A stretch of 64,000 nucleotides of DNA from Eledone cirrhosa (lineage: Eukaryota), in contig OZ024752.1 of the NCBI GenBank assembly GCA_964016885.1, positions 28,768,001 to 28,832,000 of the forward strand, given 5' to 3'. Positions 11,514 to 25,075 of the stretch are shown here, piece by piece (positions within the stretch are counted from its first letter, which is position 1; every line of letters starts with the position of its first letter). The notes under the pieces are model-generated. The model saw nothing but the letters and a program-made list of their open reading frames with translations, did no database searches and was not told where the DNA came from. Both the position numbers and the translations under genes were made by a program.

Positions 11514-14160
11514 ATATATATGTGTGTGTGTTTGCGTGTATATATATATGTGTGTGTGTATATATATGGGTGTGTGTGTGTTTGTGTGTGTATATATATA
11601 TATGTGTGTGTATATATATATGGGTGTTTTTGTGTGTATATATATATATATGTGTGTGTGTGCGTGTGGGGAGGGGGGTGCATTGAACATTCTTTAGCAA
11701 CATTAAAACATATTTTAATTACAGTTCAGCATTTCTCAATTTTCAGTAAATTGCAGGTGTTCCTTCCTTGCTTATTTTATAAGATATTTGATATATAGTT
11801 TTGATGTTGCTGTAAAACACAAATCTTATAAAAATAGTTTTAAAAAAAAAAACTACATCTTTAAGTCCGAGAGCTATGTTATGCTGTCTCAACACTAATA
11901 ATGTATATTCTAAATGTATTATTATCTGCGTGTGCATATGTAACGTACTTGTAACATCATTTGTAAAATATATTGCAGCATATAGATGTTAGATTTTCAA
12001 CACTTGTACGCATTTTTTTTTTATCATGATATTGAATATATTGGGTAAATTATACTTATGATTTTTTTTTTAACCATTAAGCGCGTCTGTATGTTTTTCT
12101 TTGATTGCCAGAGTGCCACGCATAACTGACTTTCAAAATTATTTTATTAAAGAATTTTAATAAAATAATATTTTTAAAAAGATTTTTAAGAAAATATATA
12201 AATAAAGTTTTTAAAGAAAAGTATATGTTATATTCACAATGTTTTATCTGAGAAGTAATAGCTTACGTTCTGTAATTCATTTAACACCCACACCATCGAG
12301 CGAAGGATAGATATTTAGGTCGGATTCCAGCTGTGGTCTTCACAGATTTTTCTCTTTCAAATTGTTACTTAAATTGCATTCTAATATCATTAACGTAAAA
12401 ATCTTTGTCGCTAAATTCATATTCATAGCGTTATCTCTTGTCGCAAACATCTAGCCAATGTGACGCAGCTCGTTATATTAGATATTAATAGAATTGTCTA
12501 CCAACCAGCGTTAAATGACTTGCAGAGATAAACTATCTTGCAGAGATAAAATACAATACAGCTAATCAAGCAGAATTTTTTTGTTTTTTAAATCATGGTG
12601 CCTCATTTCAGAATAAGAATAAAATTGTTACCGAGTTTAACATATAACATGTTTACTGGTCTTCATCTCATTTCATCATAGCTACAAGCGAATAAAAGGG
12701 TAAAGACTCGCCCCTCGGCGCGCGTGTCCATGGGATTTGCACCTAGAAAGTTATCCCCCGAGGCGAAATTCAGGGCAAGGTAGCCCATGTATACCAGTCA
12801 CCCTTATCCACGACACCGACGCTGTCCAATGTTCAAGAGAAAACAAAGGCCGATACAGCTTGGCACCAATGATGTCGCAACTCATTTCTACAGCTGAATG
12901 AATTTGAACAACGTAAAATAAAATATCTTGCTCAAGAACAATCCATCACCCGGTCGGACAAACGAACTCACAACCTCCTAATTGAAAGCCCAACGCTATA
13001 AACACTAAGGCATACATACATAAAAACATGCACGCATAATACTTATTTCCCATCTTGTAATTATGTGTCCTATTCTCACCTGTACTTTCCCAAACCCTAA
13101 CCCTAACTGCACATCTTTTTCATCCTGAAAAATTCTTTGTTTTACCTCGTTTTCTTTCTTTTCTTATTCTCGTCAATCTTTCTAATTCTTCTTCTACCTC
13201 ATAGTATATCTTCCGATGAAGGACTAACGTCGGAAACAATAAGACGGTTTTCTTACTCTATCGAGCGTTAAACAATTATATATCATACTATATATGTACT
13301 ATATTGTTCTCCAGTGTGGATTTTACTTGCTGACTTATAGATTTTCAATACATTCTAAGTTTCATTATTCCAAAAATTCCATGACTGAAGGGCTAACAGT
13401 TTTCTTTCTCTCTGATGCAGAGCTGAGATTACTGGTAATTCTTTTGCTAATGGCATAAAAATATTTACATCCATATACACTTTATCAATAAATAATTGTT
13501 GCCTACGTGCCTATGTAAGCGACCACTACTTTCTTTGGATTCATTTAATTACTAAAGACACACACACACACATACACACACATATATATATATATATATA
13601 TACATATGTGTGTGTGTGTGTGTATTGTCGTTTTTCGCAGTAGTATTGGAAATATAGCTGTTTAACTATTCTGTTTGTATGTATGTATGTGTGTGTGTAT
13701 ACGTGCGTGTGTCTATGTCTGTTTATGTGTGTGTGAATTCATGTGTGTATGTGTATGTGAGTGTATGTTTATATGAATGTGTGAAGATTGGCGTTGGCGG
13801 TATTTATGAGGAAACAAAGTGGATTTCGGTGTTTACCTGGTTTCTGTTTCAATGGTTATGGATATATTAATGTTTGTTTGGAGAACTTGCTTCAGCATTT
13901 ATACACATTTCTATGTATAAACGAATATAATAGATACACAGAAACAACAAGTATTACAGAGAGAGGAAACAATTATATTTTATTTGAGATTGAGAAAAAT
14001 CCAAATATTCGTTAAGCCACTCTTATATATCGATTTCTATCTGCATAGACAACCTGAAGCATTTTCACCTAAAAGCTTGCTGCGTAAATCAAACATCCTC
14101 GTCATTGATGGTCCCGTGACGTTATAAATATGACAATATTCTTAATATCATTTTATCACT

Positions 14161-14166
14161 TTTATT
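14161..14166 (-). terminator. Candidate polyadenylation signal of S-crystallin gene 1
   Basis: AATAAA on the minus strand about 210 nt after the stop codon; AT-rich context makes this weak. Confidence 0.35.
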
Positions 14167-14373
14167 TTATTCTCGTTATATCCTTTTCCCCCAATATCAT
14201 AATATCGCAATATTATATCTCGTAATAGTCGATTATCTCAACAGAGTGATATAAGACTATCATGATACTATAATTTTAACGATAAAACAATATATATTAT
14301 AAAATCACATTTAAAGAGTCACTAAAGGCTGCCGGATTCTCGTTTCCCATTCTGATTTTACATCATCCGTAAC

Positions 14374-14538
14374 TTAGAATTCAGTCTTCGTGCGTTTCTT
14401 CAGATAGGGAGAGATCTTAGGGTTATTCATGATACGATTACGGAGTGCTTGTAGTTTTGGGTAGTTGTTGAGGATAGCAGAATCTTCCATCAGTGGATTC
14501 TCAAGGGCGCAGTAGAACATCAGATCAGCCATGGTCAT
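14374..14538 (-). CDS. S-crystallin gene 1, exon 6 (last)
   Basis: ag|[54 protein letters not shown]; GST C-terminal domain; 165 nt. Confidence 0.96.
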   Translation of the reverse strand: MTMADLMFYCALENPLMEDSAILNNYPKLQALRNRIMNNPKISPYLKKRTKTEF

Positions 14539-14907
14539 CTATATGGTAAAAAAATAAAAATGCAATAACAGAAAATGTTAAAACCTCGTCAAATTTCAAT
14601 GGCAGCTAAAATTAATTTTAGCTTTGTAATATAAAGTTTAGAAATTTTATCAAATTTCAATTGATGCTTATATTCGGTGATGAATTCTAGTTGACTATTT
14701 AAGAAGCTACGACAGAGGACTAGCCAAAAATTATGAGTTAGGGTTTATAATAACGCATCAGAAGGCTGGGGCGTTATTGTTGTATCAGCTCCAGTCACAC
14801 GTATCCTCAGTAGCCCTATTTCTAGAATTAAGAATTCTCCGTCTGTCTTCCTCTATTTCATTCAGCCCAAACAATGAAAGTGTATATGAGAGCCTACCAT
14901 AATATAA

Positions 14908-15450
14908 GGCGGCGAATTGGCAGAGTGGTTAGAACGTCAGATAGAATGTCTCCTAGTATTCCTTCCGGTTCTCTGCTCTCTGAGTTCAAAACCCACTGAG
15001 GCCAAATTTGCCTTTCATCCACTCGAGGTCAATAAAAAGTACCAGTCAAATACTGAGGTTGATTCTTCTTCTATAACTCTTTCTCAGTTCCTTTCTCTCA
15101 CTCTCTATCCTTCTCTGGAAGAAATTTGCTGTATTCGGGTCTGGGGATGAGATGGGCTCCGCCAGGTTTAAAACGCCCTAGAAACGCCGTTGAGAATCCA
15201 TTGATGGAATATTCCGCCATCCTCAACAACTACCCGAAATTATTCTCCTCCTCATCATCATCATCATTGGTGAATTGGCAGTATCGGTAGAGGGTCGGAT
15301 ATGCTTTCCAGCATAGTTACTTCCCTTTACGATCTGAGTTCAATTCCCGCCGAGGTTTACTTTGCCTTTCATCCTTACGGGGTCGATAAAATAAAGTACC
15401 AGTAATGTACTGGATTAATTGCTGGACTTGTACCAAAAGTAGAAACAATT
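14908..15450 (+). mobile_element. Two tRNA-SINEs in intron 5 (14908-15189 and 15268-15450), separated by an inverted exon-6 fragment
   Basis: Both match the SINE consensus; the first is cut off at gaaacgccg where the exon-derived sequence begins. Confidence 0.8.
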
Positions 15451-15568
15451 ATCTTAATTTATCTTCATTATCGAGGTTATCGTTAAATTCTAACTCCACT
15501 AACAACATCAACAATAAGTTCATTATAATCCACATCGACATCATCAAATTTCACAATACAGGCCTTAC

Positions 15569-15676
15569 CTGGTCTCCCATGAAGTAATAGCTGCCGTTAT
15601 TGTAGGCTTCCAAAGTCTTCTCCATGTATGGCAGAATCCTGAACAAGGTTTCCTGGTACCTCAAGTAATGTTCAGA
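15569..15676 (-). CDS. S-crystallin gene 1, exon 5
   Basis: gacag|SEHYLRYQETLFRILPYMEKTLEAYNNGSYYFMGDQ|gtaagg; 108 nt, phase 0-0. Confidence 0.95.
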
Positions 15677-15809
15677 CTGTCAAATATAGTAGAAGAGGGA
15701 AAGAAAGTTGTAATGCTACTACCTGTCCTGTATAGTTGTTGGGTTATACAACTTCAGTCTTGTATGTAACAGAAACATTTGCTACAAATTAATTACTTTG
15801 TCGTTCTTT

Positions 15810-16275
<466 letters not shown>

Positions 16276-16838
16276 TGTATGTATGTATGTAAACAGAAAT
16301 AAGACAAACGGTACAAAAAATGGAAGCAATACATTAGTTTAACGCTTAAAATAGCAGGGAGAAGGCCTTGACGTTTCGGACGCTAGTCCATTCATGTTGC
16401 CATATATAAATATATATCTTAGCTGTGTCTGTGCTCACTTGATTGGACGCTACATGTGATCCAAGCCATTGGTGTTTAAACTCAAAAGTTTCTAACAAGC
16501 GTTGGACTTTTCTACATCAACAGTGACCTAGACGGCTTCTACCTTCAACGTAAAGATGGGGGCAGAGGCTTAACATCAATCCAAACAACAGTTGAGTGTT
16601 GCATCTTATCCCTCTAACATCTACGAACCACTAAGCATAGAAGCTCAACCATAGAACATGTCTTTCTGAGATTCTGTACCAACCATGCGTTGGCAGCTGC
16701 AAGATGTGTGTACAGCCATGACACTGCCTTCGCTCCAATATACGATGAATTGTTTAATCAATGAAATTTAAGAGAATCGAGGAGAGAAATATAATCAAGG
16801 AAGACGAGAAACTGTAAAAAAATACAAATGGTACTTAC

Positions 16839-16868
16839 AGATCTGTTTGAGTCACCAGCTCTCTGGAA
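16839..16868 (-). CDS. S-crystallin gene 1, exon 4 (30-nt micro-exon, S-crystallin loop insertion)
   Basis: aacag|FQRAGDSNRS|gtaagt; phase 0-0; gives a 215-aa protein and matches the 30-nt exon of gene 2. Confidence 0.85.
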
Positions 16869-16939
16869 CTGTTGTGGTTCAGTGAACATTCCATCATTTT
16901 TAGGAGAAAATACAGATATATTAATAATATTAATAATGA

Positions 16940-17011
<72 letters not shown>

Positions 17012-17028
17012 CAATAGTTAAAGTTGTG

Positions 17029-17092
<64 letters not shown>

Positions 17093-17257
17093 CGTGTGTA
17101 TACGCACACATACATACAAGCATACATACAAACACGTATATGTATACAAACACACACACACACTTATATATATATCAGCATATAGAGAGAGGTACACATA
17201 GAGATATGTGTACTTGTCTCTATATGCTGATTTATAAAGAGCCCAGAATCATTAAAT

Positions 17258-17356
<99 letters not shown>

Positions 17357-17781
17357 TGTATATATAGTGTATTTTGCAATACACTGTATGCTTAATTAAA
17401 AGCATTTTGAAGACCTTGCGCTATTATTTTAAAGTAGTGACTATGTCACTTCTTTTTTCAATAAACAAAGGGAGATAAGCTGACAGATCTCTGTTTCATA
17501 TTGTTGGTATTCCTCAAAGCTTAGCACTCCCCTTGTTTGTTGAAAAAAGAAATAAGTGACATAGTTACTACTTTAAAACAATAGCGTATGGTTTTCAAAA
17601 TGCTTTTAATTAAGCATAGTGTATTGCAAAATACACTATATATACATCGCTATTTCAGAGCACCAATTCTAATTTTCAATTTTTGCTGAACCGGCAACCG
17701 CTCTGTATAATCAGTTCCTGATTATTACTGGAATTCTATAAGAATCCAACATTCATAATTTTCAACAAACAAGGGGAGTGC

Positions 17782-17829
17782 TAAGCTCTGAGGAATACCA
17801 ACAGTATGAAACAGAAATCTGTCAGCTTA
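17782..17829 (+). ncRNA. Type I hammerhead ribozyme in an inverted-repeat cassette (17354-17983)
   Basis: taagct-CTGAGGA-atac(caaca)gtat-GAAA-cag(aaat)ctg-TC-agctta. Inverted copy at 17476-17523 has TTGAGGA. Confidence 0.88.
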
Positions 17830-17978
17830 TCTCCCTTTGTTTGTTGAAAAAAGAAGTGACATAGTCACTACGTTAAAACAATAGCGTAAGGTCTTCAAAA
17901 TGCTTTTAATTAAGCATAAAGTGTATTGCAAAATACACTATATATACATTCATATATATCGCTATTTCAGTGCACCAA

Positions 17979-18046
<68 letters not shown>

Positions 18047-18478
18047 AATCGATTGAGTGATCATTTATTTTTGAGAAAATAATTCACTTTTCGTATCAGA
18101 AAAAAGGCTTTAAAATTAAAATTAAACACAGTGCCTTGCACAACACACACACACACACACACACATGTATGTATGTATGTATGTATGTATGTATGTATGT
18201 ATGTATGTATGCATGTATACAGCTAAGTTGTAGCGAACACCTTAGTTCTATTTCTTGTTCAGGCCGAGCCAGCCACCTCCGTATGCAAACGAGGCTAATC
18301 AGCCCATATACATAAGCGTTAATTTAACGAGCAAGCTGTTCCGTTGATCGGATCAACTGGAACACTCATCGTTGTAACCGACGGAGTGCCAATATATCAT
18401 GACGATACTTAAACTGGAACCACGACAACTTAGTTGGCTTAGTAGAAAATAACTAACATATACTAAAGAAATTATTAC

Positions 18479-18594
18479 CGTCATCCTGCCATCTTTATCC
18501 TGGTAGACCCTCATGTAGTCATCCAAGATGTCGTCGAAACAGTCTGAGATGAAGTCAACACGAGCCATCTCCAGGTTGTTTTTTCCATGGAAAC
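18479..18594 (-). CDS. S-crystallin gene 1, exon 3
   Basis: gtag|(G)[38 protein letters not shown]|gtaata; 116 nt, phase 1-0. Confidence 0.96.
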
Positions 18595-18791
18595 CTACGA
18601 AAGAAGAATTGAACAGAAATTTGCAATTAGGCATTTTCTATATGTATGTGTGTATGTATGTGTGCATGTGCGTGTGTGTGTGTATATCTATGTATCTGTG
18701 TGTGTGTTTGTGTGTTTCTATGTATATCTATTCATGTATGTATGCATGTATGTATGTGTATATATATATATGTATGAATGCGCGTGGACAT

Positions 18792-18848
<57 letters not shown>

Positions 18849-18956
18849 ATTCACCATTTCCGGTTATTATGTATTTTCCATTTATTCATAGATGTGGTTT
18901 TTCAATCCTTGTAATTCTAAACACACTTCTTTCTGTGTTTACTTTTATATTATTAT

Positions 18957-19011
<55 letters not shown>

Positions 19012-19199
19012 TCGACCATGTTATTCTTCACTCTTTCACTACTATTACTCCAAGAATGACCTACATGGGAATTCTCGCAAACTTGCTACGGAAAGTAGCA
19101 AGTTTGCGAGAAAGGAAACCTCTAGTTGAGTCAAACGCCGTACGTTAAAACTATCCATAGTACAGAGTACCCATAACTCTAACTGGATTACCTAAAATG

Positions 19200-19339
<140 letters not shown>

Positions 19340-19383
19340 ATCCTGGGTTCAATCGGGGGTAACCACAGTAAGTAAGGTACTCA

Positions 19384-19420
<37 letters not shown>

Positions 19421-19487
19421 TTATTCTGGGTTGAATCGGAGGTAACCACAGTAAGTAAGGTACTCAATACATAGCAGAGTATAAATG

Positions 19488-19612
19488 TTTTAATATAGAA
19501 GAGCTTCTACAGGACTAGAATTGTTTCATTCGTGAAAAATCATCAAGAAGCTCCTGATGATTTCTCACGAATGAAACAGCTCTAGTCCTGTAGAAGCTCT
19601 TCTATATTAAAA
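19488..19612. ncRNA. Back-to-back inverted pair of type I hammerheads
   Basis: Plus: CTGATGA(19554)-tttctcacgaat-GAAA-cag...ctg-TA-gaagctc. Minus: gagcttc-TTGATGA-...GAAA...TGTA-gaagctc. Confidence 0.75.
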
Positions 19613-20466
19613 TATATATACATATTCGTTACGTATTTCAAAAATGTTTCCTTATAGGATAATGTCTTCCTGAGAACTTAAATCATAAAATCATATACCT
19701 CCTGGATATATCGTTATAATATGAAAGGACATTTAAGCCAAACCTTTTAAGTGTATACGCGACAGCTTGACGTTCATTGTCACGAAGAATAAGATTCCTT
19801 GACTAGAGACTTTATAAAACGTTTGCTGCATTTTCCAAGTCAGAAATCATGACATATGCTAGTCAATAACATCAATTTTCATAGTAGTCATTACGATTTT
19901 CTGAATATTATTGTGTATGTACTCATATTTGTTAGTACGTTTGTCTAAGAACTATTACTTCTCCAACCATGCATGCTCTAAGATATTTCTTAAGATTAAA
20001 AATCTGTAGAATAAAGTTAAAAGATATCAAGATATTGAAATAAGAAACTTTTATTGAAAAATAAATGCTTCATTGTTAGGATAAAAGGCAAAGGCATAAA
20101 AGCAACAGGTGCCGGTATACTTTCAATATATTACGTTTGTGTTAAATGTACATATATTGAAAGTATTGTTATATATTGCTTTGATGCTTTTCCTGTTTTA
20201 TATATAGCTATGAAATATTCAAATGATCTGTTCTACTGTCTCACATAAAGTTTGAATCGAATATACCGAGGTTAAAAGAGTGATGCTGGTTACTGGCATA
20301 CATAAAACTTAGCAATGGAAAATTTTAGTACATATACCACGTAAGTTTTCGAGCGCTATATAAAGTCCAAAGAAATAACAATTTGAACTGAAATCGCAAA
20401 AAGAAAGAAGACTATACTTCCTAAAGGAAAACTTTACGAAGAGACAAGAAAATGAGTTGCACTTAC

Positions 20467-20562
20467 CAAATTCTCTTGCTAAATACCTTGCAATGGCCAT
20501 ACTTTGGGGGATTTGGACCTTATTGTCCACCTCCATCATTGGTAATTGATTGCATGGTACTT
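20467..20562 (-). CDS. S-crystallin gene 1, exon 2
   Basis: ttcag|(K)[31 protein letters not shown](G)|gtaagt; GST QS.AI.RYL motif; 96 nt. Confidence 0.96.
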
Positions 20563-20791
20563 CTGAAATAGTAAAAAGGAAACACAAAATATTAAACAAT
20601 ACATATTACATATACGCCGAATCGAAATGTATTTTACCCAATTTACTCAACTATTATTTATAGTGACCGACTATTATTATATTCATTTGTGTGCTCGGGT
20701 AGCTACATTTCAAACTTTCCAATACTTGTTAAGTCTATATGTGTGGGGGGGGGGGGGTATGTGGGTGTGTGTAGGTGTGTGTGTGTGTGTT

Positions 20792-20824
<33 letters not shown>

Positions 20825-21073
20825 GAAAGAGAGAAAGAGAGATTTTGGTTTTGTTTGATTAACAAGTCGGATAAGTCGATTGGAGTTGGAGTCGGGTCTA
20901 TAAAATTAACATGGATCCTGAGCCACCGATCTATGAAACAGTCGTAACTGTGTAATCAATAATAACCTTAATACGAAACCTCGTTTTGTTCTTAATATAT
21001 ACACTCTACCATAGCAGAGAGTGCTGATTTTGGTACCTTCCTCAGTAAACCACGAATCTACTGAATAATCCAG

Positions 21074-21198
<125 letters not shown>

Positions 21199-21262
21199 AG
21201 TTCTACAACAGTTAGGTCACCATAGCGAGAACAAATGTTTCATCTTATGCGGATCTTCAGAA

Positions 21263-21301
21263 CGAGCTGAAGATCCGCATAAGGTGAAACATTTGTTCTC
21301 G
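21263..21301 (+). ncRNA. Minimal type I hammerhead in inverted repeat 21194-21333
   Basis: cgag-CTGAAGA-tccgcataaggt-GAAA-catttg-TT-ctcg. The inverted copy has the core but no stem I. Confidence 0.65.
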
Positions 21302-21439
21302 ATATGGTGAACTAACTGTTGTGGAACTACTTCCACCAAACTCGTCCCTTGGACTGAGTGCTTTACTACTACGGATATAACCCTCTAGTATTCTACTCTT
21401 ATATATTATTATTATTATTATGATTATTATTATTATATA

Positions 21440-21475
<36 letters not shown>

Positions 21476-21566
21476 TGTATGTATGTATGTATGTATGTAT
21501 GCGATACATACATACATACAAAGGGCAAATGAGCTCTTAAGAGTCAATGGCCATCCAAAATCATCG

Positions 21567-21965
21567 GGAGAGATGACCCCTTAGCCTTTGTCAAGGCAGA
21601 ATTCTAGAAGGAAAACTCTGATATAACACCTGCAACCCTGATGGTATCCAATGATGTTGACTTGTTCTTCTTTTTGGTAAATATCATCTTGGTTAAGAGA
21701 GTGGGACTGGCTTTGTGCAATGCTCACTATAAAAGCTTCACGGCACAGGCATTGCTTTATATCTGGAAATCTCTCTGCACTTGTCGTCACATGGTACCAT
21801 GGACCCAGCACTATGTGTCAATAATTGTCACAAGTGTAGTGTTTGTACCAGAGTTTTCAAGTCGCTGGCTGGACTAAAAAGTCGCACTCGTTCAGCGCAT
21901 CGGTAGGGGTTCTCCTATATAGATATAAAGTAGTGGCCGTACTCGAAAACGAGTTGGCAGCCACT
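21567..21965. repeat. Unclassified ~400-bp dispersed repeat, copy 2
   Basis: Begins gggagagatgaccccttagcc and ends gagttggcagccac; matches 55801-56205. Confidence 0.85.
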
Positions 21966-21989
21966 ATGTATGTGGTACTTTTAAATATA

Positions 21990-22658
21990 ATTGTTTTTAC
22001 TTTTAGCACAAGGCCAGCAATTACTCCAGTGTATTACTGGCACTTTATTCTATCGACCCTGTAATGATGAAAGGCAAAATTAACCTCGGCGGGATTTGAA
22101 CTTAGATGATAAAGAGCCGTAACTCTATGCTTCAAAGCATGGTGTCAGACCCGCTACCGATACTGCCAATCCACCGCCCTTGCCCGTGGATTAGTATTAC
22201 TTTTAACCTTTGTGTTTTAAGGAGATTAATTTGACATTTTAAGGCTGACATTTATAAGAAAAGGTTTTTTTTATTTTCATTCATTTGTAAAACGTATTTC
22301 CTTTGATGATTGCTCTATGAACTTTGTTCAATTTTGCGAGATGAAATATTCTGTGACTATTTCACTACAGTTAGCAATGAGTAGGACATTGTGGCACGAT
22401 GTTTCAGAACCATTCGTGCATGAAGTACCTCGTGGTATTGCGATGTCGTCAACCTATTAATATATATATATATATATATGAAAAGAATCAGGACCTCGAC
22501 GGCTGAGCTCCGGCCGTTTCGAAAGCTAGATCCGAACTCGGATCTAGCTGTCGAAATGGCCGGAGCTCAGCCGTCGGAGTCCTGATTCTTTTCCTATTAC
22601 CCAATCTACTACATTAAGTATCGAGTACTCTGGCGCGTTATGGTCCACCTGGTTTCTT

Positions 22659-22735
<77 letters not shown>

Positions 22736-24045
22736 GTTTCTACTTTAGGCACAAGGCTAGCAATTACCCAGTGCATTACTGGTACTTTATTTTATCGACC
22801 CCGTAAGGATGAAAGGCAAAGTAAACCTCGGCGGGATTTGAACTCAGATCGTAAAGGGACGTAACTATGCTGGAAAGCATGGCGTACGACCCTCTACCGA
22901 TACTGCCAATCCACCGCCCTTTTTATATATATTATATATATATATATATATATAATGAGGGCTTAAATCGATATCAAGTGATTTCGATTTCATATATATA
23001 TATATACATATATATATTTGGATCAACCCAAATTCTTCAGTCGTATCAATCCCTGAAGGATGAACGGAAAATTGAACCGTGACACCAATTGAATTTAGAA
23101 ATTATAATATGCTTCTTTCAATATCATAAGATATTTTGATTGGCACACTAACAGTCCTTTAAAACTACCAATCAATGAAAGTGTTAGAAATAACAATAGC
23201 AGTTAATAATGTGTTTAAAATAACAAATGTATTATAGAATGATATAATTATACACTGTACTTAAGGTTCTCGGATAATAGACTGAGGAGATTGTTAGAAC
23301 AGCGAGTCTGATATCGGTTCTGCCTTATTGTGCTCTAAAGGCAACTCTTGCAATAAAACTGTTACCAATTTATATAGTATCGACTATATTATCGGCGAGA
23401 AGAGATTAAGCATGCATATATGGGTAACTCCTTGATTTCCACAAAGGAAATGCTCAGTTATTCGCCTTATCAGGAACAGAGCCATGGCCTCTCAAAACAA
23501 ACTGAGGTCCCGAATACATTTAACACAATGTTAAATATTTTAAGAACAGTGTGCAGTCACTGGTACCACCACAGATGTAATAATTGATACCTAATATATC
23601 AACACTCTACGCTTCATACATTAAGTATTTTTTTGTGGCTAATGTGTAAGATTAGTATTTATGATCCACCTTTAACTGTGTGGCTATATGTTGCCAAACT
23701 GCGGCTACATTTACAAATCGCTATTATTAATTATTAATTTGTTCTCGGTTGACGACATGGCAATACCACGAGGTACTTCATGCACGTATGGAAGTAGTTC
23801 CACAACAGTTAGTTCACCATATCGAGAACAAATTGTCTTTTAAGGAGATTAACCGGCGGTGGATTGGCAGTATCGGTAGAGGGTCGGACGCCATGCTTTG
23901 AAGCAAAGAGTTACAGCCCTTTCCATTCTGAGTTCAAATCCCGCCGAGGTTAACTTTGCCTTTCATCCTTACGGGGTCGATAAAATAAAGTACCAGTAAT
24001 GCACTGGGTATTTGCTGGCCTTGTGCCAAACGTAGAAACAATTAA
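21990..24045. mobile_element. Three tRNA-SINE copies in intron 1 (21990-22180 -, 22732-22920 -, 23855-24045 +)
   Basis: Match the SINE consensus; opposite orientations allow intronic dsRNA. Confidence 0.85.
22479..22661 (+). mobile_element. Truncated PLE 3' end with an inverted duplicate (diverged relative of the 1-2910 element)
   Basis: Hairpin 22479-22593 carries the hammerhead 3' half (gaaa.ggccggagctcagccgtcgg), then the same tail as 2830-2900; flanked by (TA)n. Confidence 0.75.
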
Positions 24046-24132
24046 TTATTAATTATGAAAGCCTAAGTACACGACAAGGACATGTGAAAATATAAATAAA
24101 ATAAACAATTACATAAATATATCAAAACTTAC

Positions 24133-24265
24133 TGCTCTTGAAGGCGCTCCATTCCGAGTTTTCAAGCCTGTGGTCATTGTACTGGACGCCGGAAACAGCG
24201 AATAACATACGGCAGACCTCAGCACGGCCGCGATGATTGAAATAGTGGAGTGTGTATGAAGGCAT
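24133..24265 (-). CDS. S-crystallin gene 1, exon 1 (start)
   Basis: [44 protein letters not shown]|gtaagt; typical S-crystallin/sigma-GST N-terminus. Exons sum to 648 nt = 215 aa + stop. Confidence 0.97.
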
Positions 24266-24375
24266 AACTATTGTTTGCTATTGATGGCGTTAGTTGTTGA
24301 TGTTTTTTACAAGTCCCACCGATGTTGTTCAGATGAGGAAGTCAAGTGTTTAAGAAAGTAATGGTCAGACCTGCC

Positions 24376-24384
24376 TTTTAAATA
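24376..24384 (-). promoter_or_regulatory. TATA-like box (TATTTAAAA) of gene 1
   Basis: About 115 nt upstream of the ATG, with an Inr-like CCATTAC about 25 nt downstream. Confidence 0.55.
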
Positions 24385-24419
24385 TCTCGGCTCAGCTTAC
24401 TTTGCCCACTGAAACGCAT

Positions 24420-24421
24420 AT

Positions 24422-24509
<88 letters not shown>

Positions 24510-24717
24510 GTATATGCACACATACACACATATATATATATATATATATAAATATATATGTATACATACATGTATATATAAATACGTATATGCACACACA
24601 CATACACACATACGTATATATATACATATATATATATATATAAATAAATATATATGTATACATACATGTATATATAAATACGTATATGCACACACACATA
24701 CACACATACGTATATAT

Positions 24718-24760
<43 letters not shown>

Positions 24761-24811
24761 TACATACATGTATATATAAATACGTATATGCACACACACA
24801 TACACACATAC

Positions 24812-24873
<62 letters not shown>

Positions 24874-24979
24874 GTATATGCACACATACACACACATATA
24901 TATATATATATATAAATATATATATGTATACATACATGTATATATAAATACGTATATGCACACACACATACACACATAC

Positions 24980-25015
<36 letters not shown>
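24420..25015. repeat. Compound (TA)n/(CA)n microsatellite with higher-order repeats
   Basis: Recurring block tatacatacatgtatatataaatacgtatatgcacacacacatacacacatacg, four times. Confidence 0.95.
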
Positions 25016-25018
<3 letters not shown>

Positions 25019-25075
25019 GAGAGGGGGTGAGACACTGATATGCACAGAACGTCGCCAAAATCATCGTCTTAGAAT

